Shown: positions 9,601 to 16,780 of the stretch, piece by piece
Numbering within the stretch: the stretch's first letter is position 1
Layout: each line of letters starts with the position of its first letter
From: Nitrospinaceae bacterium
GTDB lineage: Bacteria; Nitrospinota; Nitrospinia; Nitrospinales; VA-1
Reading direction: 5' to 3'
Length of the DNA: 56,299 nt
Assembly: GCA_029261695.1 (NCBI GenBank)
Contig: JAJDAV010000113.1
Span: 1 to 56,299 of the forward strand
Notes under the pieces: generated by a model
Seen by the model: the letters and a program-made list of their open reading frames with translations, nothing else
Told to the model about the DNA's origin: nothing
Databases searched by the model: none
Made by a program: the position numbers and the translations under genes

Positions 9601-10524
9601 CTATTTGATATGCACCGGACGTTTAAACAAACGACCGTCAATGATGGCCAAGCCAACCCAGATCACTGCCATTCCCATAATGTGCTGAAAATCAAGCCTT
9701 TCATTTAAAAACAGTATCCCCAGTAAAATCGCACTAACTGGAATTAAGAAAGTCACCAAGCTTATATTGACCGCTCCGGCTGTTGCTAAAATTCGATAAT
9801 AGAGAAAAAATGCAAATGCTGTGGATAAAACTCCCAGACCAACAATGGCAGCCCAAGTTGTACCACTGGGATTTGTTAGCGCCCAAGGGGAATCCACTAA
9901 CAGAACAATTGGAAAAAGCACAAGAGTAGAAGCGGTCAACTGGCCTGTGGCCGCGATTATGGGTTTGATCCCCATCGAATGAAACCTTCGACCATAAACC
10001 AACGCCACGCCATACAAAAAAGCGGCTGCTAAAACTGCCAGTTGTGCCAAAGTGTCTACACCAATACCTTCAATAAAATCTAAGCCCACTATTATTGATA
10101 CCCCAACAAAACCTACCACAAGACCTAAAAGCCGATTTTTGCTGATTCGTTCTTCCCTTGTTAAAAAATGTGCGAGAACAATTGTAAAAAATGGAGTGGT
10201 TGCGTTCAGGATGGATGCCAGACTACTTGTAATATGATGTTGACCCCAGGCAATAAGAGTGAAGGGCATTACATTATTTAACAAACCAATGCTAAAAAAT
10301 ATTTTCCATACTTCCTTGTTCTTCGGCATTTTTATTCCGGCAAGCATTAAGCCTAACCAAAGCAAAATTGAAGCCAGCCCGACTCGAAGGAAGACAATCG
10401 TAAAAGATGGGAGCTCTTTAGCACTAATGCCAATAAAAAAGAAAGAGCCTCCCCACACCATAGAAAGCACAACCAACATCGTCCATTCGAATAAAGTCAT
10501 TGAATGATTGATAGACTTACTCAA
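9601..10524 (-). CDS. EamA/DMT-family transporter (10 TM)
   Basis: 307-aa polytopic protein with two EamA-like halves (WGGSFFFIGISAKELP...; ...LVTFLIPVSAILLGILFLNERL). Confidence 0.85.
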   Translation of the reverse strand: MSKSINHSMTLFEWTMLVVLSMVWGGSFFFIGISAKELPSFTIVFLRVGLASILLWLGLMLAGIKMPKNKEVWKIFFSIGLLNNVMPFTLIAWGQHHITSSLASILNATTPFFTIVLAHFLTREERISKNRLLGLVVGFVGVSIIVGLDFIEGIGVDTLAQLAVLAAAFLYGVALVYGRRFHSMGIKPIIAATGQLTASTLVLFPIVLLVDSPWALTNPSGTTWAAIVGLGVLSTAFAFFLYYRILATAGAVNISLVTFLIPVSAILLGILFLNERLDFQHIMGMAVIWVGLAIIDGRLFKRPVHIK

Positions 10525-10622
10525 CAGAACCTTTCCAATTGAATTGCCATACTAGAATTAAATTAATCATCTTACCTCTAGAGAGGTTTGTCGCCACCGC
10601 GATAGGTTAAATCGTTGAGTGA

Positions 10623-10656
10623 AATTTATTTCGACCGTCGGACCGCGAAATAAATT
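10623..10656 (-). terminator. 11-bp perfect hairpin immediately downstream of the BLUF gene stop
   Basis: AATTTATTTCG (10623-10633) pairs with CGAAATAAATT (10646-10656) around a 12-nt loop. It lies 7 nt past the stop at 10663. The stem is AT-rich and there is no clean U-tract, so terminator function is inferred. Confidence 0.4.
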
Positions 10657-10662
10657 AAAAGT

Positions 10663-11109
10663 TCAAGAAGAGGAAGGATTGTTATAGCTTAAATAGTGCT
10701 GGAACATACTTATAATATTATTGGCATTTACAAGGTTTTCATTTACAAGCTCAGAAGTGAAACCAATTTTTAAATACTCTGAAAAACCATCTAATTTATT
10801 GCTATCAACAGAATCTAAATCAGTAAATGCCATACTCCAATCTTTAAATTTTCTTTCCTTTATTTCCATATCATAAACCAGATCCACAGAAGTATTTCTA
10901 TCGTCGCCACTAATGTTATCCAGCAGTTGAAATATCTCTTCCTTCTCTCCTTCTAAAATCTGAAAAAACTCCCAACCCAACCTTCTGTAAACCAGAATTC
11001 CTGTTATCTGGTGGAGGGCATTTTTCTCTCGGGAAACTTTTAATATATCCAAGATATCGTTATCCTGCATTTCCCTGGTGGCGACACTGCAATAGAATAG
11101 TGTATGCAT
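10663..11109 (-). CDS. short BLUF-domain blue-light/FAD sensor protein
   Basis: 148 aa with the conserved Tyr (LFYCSVA), Gln (ITGILVY...FFQILEG) and Trp/Met (FKDWSMAF) of BLUF domains. Confidence 0.8.
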   Translation of the reverse strand: MHTLFYCSVATREMQDNDILDILKVSREKNALHQITGILVYRRLGWEFFQILEGEKEEIFQLLDNISGDDRNTSVDLVYDMEIKERKFKDWSMAFTDLDSVDSNKLDGFSEYLKIGFTSELVNENLVNANNIISMFQHYLSYNNPSSS

Positions 11110-11246
11110 GAGAATGCTTTTCCTATTTCAAAATGTGAAATAAATGCACTAGCCGAACTTAATTATAACATTCTATTGAGACGGGGGTTCTAAGCTAACA
11201 AGAATGGGCGAACCCTAGTTCCACTTTAGCCTGAAACGGGACTAAG

Positions 11247-11618
11247 TTAAGGCTCGACAATATCATTTTTTAAGGTAAGCACAAATGCCACAACTTCATC
11301 GCATTCTTGTTTTGGAACTTGCAAAGCCTCCATTGTGGCACCCGCATGCTGTAGGAATATGGACCAATCATTGTCGCTAATCTTCATCCCTATATGCGTG
11401 GTCTTCATATCTCGACCTGTGTAGTAAACTGGCCCACCTGTGACTGAACATAAATAATCAATTAGCAATTGCTTTTCTCTCGCCACGCCATCATCCCCTC
11501 GATTTTGCCAGAAGCGACCTAATTGGTCATCCCCTTGCAAACGCGGAAGCAAGTCATTCACAAAAACTGCAAGTCCATCATAACCACCCAGCCGATCATA
11601 AAGTGATTTCTTATCCAT
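11247..11618 (-). CDS. group I truncated haemoglobin (trHbN-like, 2-on-2 globin)
   Basis: 123 aa with SLYDRLGGYDGLAVFVNDL, GGPVYYTGRDMKTTHIGMKISDNDW (proximal-His region) and a typical C-terminal helix. Confidence 0.8.
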   Translation of the reverse strand: MDKKSLYDRLGGYDGLAVFVNDLLPRLQGDDQLGRFWQNRGDDGVAREKQLLIDYLCSVTGGPVYYTGRDMKTTHIGMKISDNDWSIFLQHAGATMEALQVPKQECDEVVAFVLTLKNDIVEP

Positions 11619-11771
11619 TATTTTAATCCCTGTTTATTTTATTCGAATATGATTATAGTCGTCCCCTATCTCTTCTTAGAATTAAAAATGTTATTAATTT
11701 TTTTTTGTATTCTAGAGACTTCAGGATAGGATTCAGGTTGCTTTCACATTATTGACTTATCTAAGGAAAAA

Positions 11772-12443
11772 ATGATCAAAAAAACCGGTGGGGCTATTCT
11801 TCTTGTACTTTTGTTTCTTGCTTTGGTCTTCAGCACGCATGTGACCCTACTTGGCTCCGGGTTTATTGTTGGAGATGGAATGCATGTTCTTACCTATCAC
11901 GAACTGGTAGATGATGCAGTAGCCTTAAAGGTAAAGTTTCCCAACGAAGATGACATTGAAGCTGAAGTGGTGTTTCGCGATCCTATCAACAATCTGGCAA
12001 TATTGAAATTAAAGGAAGCCCCGAAAATTAAAAGTAAACCGCTGGTGATAAGTACAAATGGCGTTGGACCCAAAAGCGAGTCGGTATTCACATTGGGGTA
12101 CCCTTGGACAAACACCATGCGGGACCAACATTCTCTTTTGGAAGGGTCTGCGTACTTCAACTCTACTTTAATCGAATTGAATATGGACCTCGACACAGTT
12201 AATAGCGGAAGTCCCTTGTTCAACGCTAAACGGGAAGTGGTGGGATTGGTACTACTGCAAAATCATGCAAAAGAAGTGTTTCCCGTAGACGGCCCTGGCC
12301 ATTTCGCCATTCCCGCTATGTCTTTAGAAAATGCCTTGAAGGCAGCTAAAATTGACACCATGGCCTTCCCGACTGAAAACCTTACAAAAGAAGAGTTCTA
12401 CCTACAATATAGGAATAATATTGTTTTGATTGAGGCAATTTAA
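11772..12443 (+). CDS. secreted trypsin-like (S1C/DegP-like core) serine peptidase homolog without PDZ domain
   Basis: 223 aa with an N-terminal TM/signal segment, GSGFIVGDGMHVLTYHELV (His block) and TVNSGSPLFN (Ser block). The usual Asp block reads NNLAILKL (see findings). Confidence 0.65.
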   Translation: MIKKTGGAILLVLLFLALVFSTHVTLLGSGFIVGDGMHVLTYHELVDDAVALKVKFPNEDDIEAEVVFRDPINNLAILKLKEAPKIKSKPLVISTNGVGPKSESVFTLGYPWTNTMRDQHSLLEGSAYFNSTLIELNMDLDTVNSGSPLFNAKREVVGLVLLQNHAKEVFPVDGPGHFAIPAMSLENALKAAKIDTMAFPTENLTKEEFYLQYRNNIVLIEAI

Positions 12444-12578
12444 ATTGCAACCCGCAGATGAAACTTACATCTTATATGGGATCTTATTTGTTTTCCTTTT
12501 ATTGGGACTGTTATTCAATGTTGCCAAACGCCTCGGTTCCTCAAAAAATTTTCCACGACCTAAAGATAAAAATAACAA

Positions 12579-14057
12579 GTGAATAAACACCCACACTTTA
12601 ATTTCGATAACAGTTTTGCCCGTAGCCTGGATGGCTTTTTCTCTTATTGCGATGCCGAAACTTCAACCGCTCCGAAACTGCTGCAGTTCAACCATGCGCT
12701 TGCAGAAGAGCTTGGCCTTGATCCCGTTGCGCTCGATTCAGAATTTGGCCTTGCAATTTTTTCTGGAAATGAAAAAGCTGAAGGATCAGAAACGCTGGCC
12801 CAGGCCTATGCCGGTCACCAATTTGGCGGCTACTCACCGCAACTGGGTGATGGACGTGCGCTTCTGCTCGGTGAAGTTATCGACACGCAACAACGCCGTC
12901 GCGACATTCAACTCAAAGGGTCGGGGCGAACCCCGTTTTCTCGTGGCGGAGATGGCAAAGCAGCTATTGGCCCAGTGCTGCGCGAATACCTTATAGGGGA
13001 AGCGATGCACGCGCTCGGCGTCCCTACGACACGCGCCCTCGCAGCCGTTGCCACCGGTGCCGACGTTTATAGAGAAACCGTTCTTCCTGGAGCAATACTT
13101 ACTCGGGTTGCATCTAGTCATATTCGGGTTGGTACTTTTCAATATGGAGCAGCCCGCGGTGATGTCGAAAAAATCCTCAAGCTTGCCGATTATACAATTG
13201 AACGACATTATCCAGACACAGCTGAAGCCGACAATCCCTATTTAGCTTTCTTCGCAGCAGTCGCCGATGCTCAAGCCGCACTGGTTGCGCGCTGGATGAA
13301 TATCGGATTCATCCACGGTGTGATGAACACCGACAACACAACCATCTCCGGCGAGACCATCGACTATGGTCCTTGTGCCTTTATGGATAACTACGCGCGG
13401 GGCACGGTGTTTAGCTCCATAGACCGAGGTGGGCGCTATGCCTATGCTAACCAACCGGAGATTCTGATTTGGAATTTGGCCCGATTGGCGGAAACGCTTA
13501 TCCCGCTTGTTGATTCCAAAAAGGAACGCGCTGTGGAATTGTTGACCGAAACCATTGAATGCATTCAACCACTCTATGAATCTTACTGGCTGACCGGAAT
13601 GCGGTCTAAAATTGGTTTGACAACGGAAGAATCTGGCGACCAGCAATTGATCAATGATCTTTTAAAAAAAATGGAAGAGGGTCATGTAGATTTCACCTTA
13701 TTCTTTCGTCATTTTTCTCAAGCCTTGCGCGGCGACAGTGAAGAAGTAAGACAATTGTTCGATAAACCCGCTGACTTCGACGCTTGGGAGCACCGTTGGT
13801 GGATGCGCTATGAACAGGAAGGAATTTCAGCAGAAAGAACTGCGCAGTCGATGGACGAAATTAATCCCATCTATATTCCGCGCAACCATAAAGTTGAAGA
13901 AGCCCTTGCTGCTGCAACGGATCAGGAAGATATAGCTCCATTCAAAAAGTTGCTGGAGGTTTTGACTCATCCCTTTGACGAAGTTGAAGGCAACGAAGCT
14001 TACGCCGAACCCGCCCCAAAAACCAACATCCCCTACCGAACCTTCTGCGGGACCTGA
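12579..14057 (+). CDS. selO: protein adenylyltransferase SelO/YdiU (pseudokinase-fold AMPylase)
   Basis: 492 aa with a GTG start. Motifs: FDNSFARSL, AGHQFGGYSPQLGDGRALLLGE, LKGSGRTPFSRGGDGKA, HGVMNTDNTTISGETIDYGP. Confidence 0.92.
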   Translation: MNKHPHFNFDNSFARSLDGFFSYCDAETSTAPKLLQFNHALAEELGLDPVALDSEFGLAIFSGNEKAEGSETLAQAYAGHQFGGYSPQLGDGRALLLGEVIDTQQRRRDIQLKGSGRTPFSRGGDGKAAIGPVLREYLIGEAMHALGVPTTRALAAVATGADVYRETVLPGAILTRVASSHIRVGTFQYGAARGDVEKILKLADYTIERHYPDTAEADNPYLAFFAAVADAQAALVARWMNIGFIHGVMNTDNTTISGETIDYGPCAFMDNYARGTVFSSIDRGGRYAYANQPEILIWNLARLAETLIPLVDSKKERAVELLTETIECIQPLYESYWLTGMRSKIGLTTEESGDQQLINDLLKKMEEGHVDFTLFFRHFSQALRGDSEEVRQLFDKPADFDAWEHRWWMRYEQEGISAERTAQSMDEINPIYIPRNHKVEEALAAATDQEDIAPFKKLLEVLTHPFDEVEGNEAYAEPAPKTNIPYRTFCGT

Positions 14058-14226
14058 TGATTTTTTAAAAACTCCCATCGATTCACCAAAATCAGCTCCC
14101 CCCCCTAAGAACGCAGAATAAAAAAATCAGATACCCGCACCTAGTTAAAACTCAGAAATACTTAGATATACAGATATTATAATAATAGCTACAGGCCTTA
14201 ATTATCCTATAAAAACCCTAAATTGC

Positions 14227-14255
14227 TAGACAAACGCCATTTCCCATGCTAAATA
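14227..14255 (+). promoter_or_regulatory. candidate sigma-70 promoter for the orphan gene (TAGACA-N17-TAAATA)
   Basis: Read directly: -35 TAGACA at 14227-14232, a 17-nt spacer, and -10 TAAATA at 14250-14255, about 55 nt upstream of ATG 14310. Pattern match only. Confidence 0.25.
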
Positions 14256-14309
14256 TTATTTCGGAATACCATAATAATTCGGGAAACATGTATAAATGGA
14301 GGTTTGGCC

Positions 14310-15269
14310 ATGCTTAAAGTTGATCTTTCCTTTGGTTCTAATTTTGCGTATCAAAACGCTTTCGTTGAAATGCACGACCGTTCGCACGCGCTCTCACTTA
14401 CGCTCAAGGACGGGAAAAATACCTGCACTTCTGACGAGTTTCCTGTTGGAGTCTTTCACGCCTTCGAAGGAAAACGCCTACTCGCTCAGTTGAAGTTTCA
14501 ATACGACTATGATGAAAAGCAGAATATCGTCACCGTTTGCGGAACGGATTTCGAATCCTCAGATGCCATGTGTCTTAAGACCGTTCCGGAAGGAACCTCG
14601 GAATACTGCAACCAGCGAACCAGCTCGGGTGGGTTTGCGGCCGACGATCTCATGCACAACCCGCATTGGAATTACCGCACACCTCTCATGCCAGGACTGG
14701 AAGACGTTTTAAAGAAAATGGCAAGAGCCGCCAACGAATCTTTGATCGCCGCTCTAAAAAAAGTCCCAGGGTTAACAGTAAAGGTGCGCACGCACCCACC
14801 GGAAATTGCGCCCGAAGACTATAATAAGTTGCTCACGGTTTATCGCGACAAAAAATTTCATGGCTTATACGAACCGGGAACTGAGTATGGTCCCACGGAC
14901 GATTTGTTTACAATCGAATCCGTATGGGGCGGTACCGTCCAATTTAATTTTCAAGAAAAGTTTGCCAACGTAATAGGCAGTACCAATGACCCGAAAATTG
15001 CTGGGTTGACGTGGATCCAATTGTGGGCAAAACAGTACGGTTTCTATCCGACCGTATGCACCTCATACCAATTCAATGGATTCCCATGTGGAAACAGTCT
15101 TGTCGGTGGACATGTGGTGACAGGTACTGTGGCAACCAAAGTTCCAGCAGGGTCCAATTCCGTTTATATATTTCCAATATGCGTACAGCACAACAATGAT
15201 GACAAAGTTTATATGGAAGCGCTCAAATATCTAAATGGAATCTGGCTGAAAAACTACATGGGGACGTAG
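14310..15269 (+). CDS. hypothetical protein; C-terminal Cys/His pattern suggests a possible HNH/His-Me-finger-like domain
   Basis: The track ORF starts at TTG 14304. I prefer ATG 14310, which sits 7 nt after GGAGG. There is no signal peptide. The C-terminus reads C-x9-C...GGHV...x20...IFPICVQHNN. I recognise no family for the N-terminal 240 aa. Confidence 0.6.
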   Translation: MLKVDLSFGSNFAYQNAFVEMHDRSHALSLTLKDGKNTCTSDEFPVGVFHAFEGKRLLAQLKFQYDYDEKQNIVTVCGTDFESSDAMCLKTVPEGTSEYCNQRTSSGGFAADDLMHNPHWNYRTPLMPGLEDVLKKMARAANESLIAALKKVPGLTVKVRTHPPEIAPEDYNKLLTVYRDKKFHGLYEPGTEYGPTDDLFTIESVWGGTVQFNFQEKFANVIGSTNDPKIAGLTWIQLWAKQYGFYPTVCTSYQFNGFPCGNSLVGGHVVTGTVATKVPAGSNSVYIFPICVQHNNDDKVYMEALKYLNGIWLKNYMGT

Positions 15270-15351
15270 GCGAAAGATCAGGTGACAAGTAAATTAGGAT
15301 CCAAGATCCTAAAGGGTAATAACTCTGCATGAATATTACTGTAGATAAAAA

Positions 15352-15382
15352 GGCTCAGCCAAAATTGGCTGGGTCTTTTTCG
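15352..15382 (+). terminator. rho-independent terminator downstream of the orphan gene
   Basis: GGCTCAGCC (15352-15360) pairs with GGCTGGGTC (15367-15375): 9 bp including 2 G-U pairs, loop AAAATT, followed by TTTTT at 15376-15380. Confidence 0.6.
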
Positions 15383-15703
15383 TTTCTACGGCTGGGATAA
15401 CGTAAGGATAAAATCTAACTAATCGAGTTGATAGCAATGAGTCGCAAACAGTAACCTTGGAGAGAGATAGAAATTGCACACAAGCTGACGGGAAAAAAAG
15501 AATCGGGGCGATTCAGGGAAATTCCCAATACAAAAAAATTACAGATCATTGATGCAACAAGAACATAAAGGGCATTGGTTTCCATATATTTTTCCTTTTT
15601 TGAATGAAACTTTTCGTCCCTCCATAAAAGCTACAGGGATTATTTCTCCATATACTTAGCATTCCATTCTGTTTTTATTTTTTTGGCAAACGCAATTAGG
15701 TCG

Positions 15704-16780
15704 CTACTTTATCACCAGGCTACCATTGCAATCTGTAAAATGTTTCCTGACAAAAGGAGAAGTCATAGTTGACAGCAGCCCACCATAATTCAAGCTAGCC
15801 CTTACTTCATCACCCGCTTTTACACTATCGTATACGCTATCCAGAATAATGTGATCGCTGCTTGATCCAAGAAATTCAAACTTTTTATTAAAATTTAATC
15901 CGGAAGGCATAGCATCTTGGTTTCCTAAAGCAATGATTACCCTCTGGCGAATTCCTCTATCTTTAAAATCAGGCACATTCCCAAAAGCGTCTTGACCAAT
16001 GTTCCCGGTTGGAAGAGACGGCTTTTTCTTGGACTCTATAACTTCAGCTACCAGTTGGAATGCGCCAGCATGCAAACCAGGAATTTCCTTTCGGCCTACA
16101 GTTTCGCGGCCTAAAAGAATCGATTCACCTAATCTAATATTGTTAATTCTGCCTACATTCTGACAGGAATTGAACCATTCATGGTTTGCTGAGTTTCCTC
16201 CTGAAATTATTTTAAGATCCATTTGAAATTCTTTTTCCAACGAATCAACCCATTCCGAGAGTTCCTGCATATTTTTATCATCAGGTTTAATCCCACCGTA
16301 GCAAGCCAAATTACAACCAATACCAATTATTTTAATGTTAGATAAAGAAAGAGCTTGCCTGATAAATTGAGATAAATTGCAAGGCATTACTCCTTCTCGC
16401 AGATCCCCCAACTCCACCATAATAACTACTTGATGAATTTTATTTTGTGTTTTTGCATGAGAGGAAAGTTCTTTAAGAGTCTCAATTTCTGTGTTTAAAC
16501 TAATATCTACATTTCTAACAACGGACTCCACTTGGCTTAAAGGGGTACGCAAAAGAACAAAGGGAATAGATATTCCTGCATTTTTCATTTTCAGAATATT
16601 TTCAACACGTGAGTCAGCAATGTACTTGACCCCACCCTGAATCATTGCTTTAGCGATTGAGGGCTCCCCCAATACGGCTTTGGTAACCCCCATTAGAGAA
16701 ATGCCCTTTCCAAAATACAAATCAGAAAGAATCTGTGTGTTTTCACGAATCTGAGAAAGAGAAATTTCAATTCTAGGCAT
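15704..16780 (-). CDS. PLP-dependent alanine/ornithine-racemase-family enzyme (COG3457-like predicted amino-acid racemase)
   Basis: The track ORF is 15704..16795. I prefer the start at ATG 16780 (MPRIEISLSQIRENTQIL), as in family members that begin MYPxIxIDLxKLxxN. It has the PLP-Lys block MGVTKAVLG and a TIM-barrel racemase N-domain pattern. The start overlaps the upstream gene stop by 8 nt. Confidence 0.78.
   Translation of the reverse strand: MPRIEISLSQIRENTQILSDLYFGKGISLMGVTKAVLGEPSIAKAMIQGGVKYIADSRVENILKMKNAGISIPFVLLRTPLSQVESVVRNVDISLNTEIETLKELSSHAKTQNKIHQVVIMVELGDLREGVMPCNLSQFIRQALSLSNIKIIGIGCNLACYGGIKPDDKNMQELSEWVDSLEKEFQMDLKIISGGNSANHEWFNSCQNVGRINNIRLGESILLGRETVGRKEIPGLHAGAFQLVAEVIESKKKPSLPTGNIGQDAFGNVPDFKDRGIRQRVIIALGNQDAMPSGLNFNKKFEFLGSSSDHIILDSVYDSVKAGDEVRASLNYGGLLSTMTSPFVRKHFTDCNGSLVIK

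Noticed and set aside
11336-11350. TGGCAC-N5-TGCT, a sigma-54-like -24/-12 element
   Set aside because: The GG-to-GC spacing is one nucleotide short of consensus. The site also lies inside the globin coding region on the antisense strand with no downstream gene.
12616-13646. Alternative-frame and antisense ORFs inside selO (12616..12996, 12834..13208, 13048..13245, 13242..13646, and 13827..14078)
   Set aside because: GC-rich coding sequence typically yields long shadow ORFs, and the SelO frame carries all the recognisable motifs.
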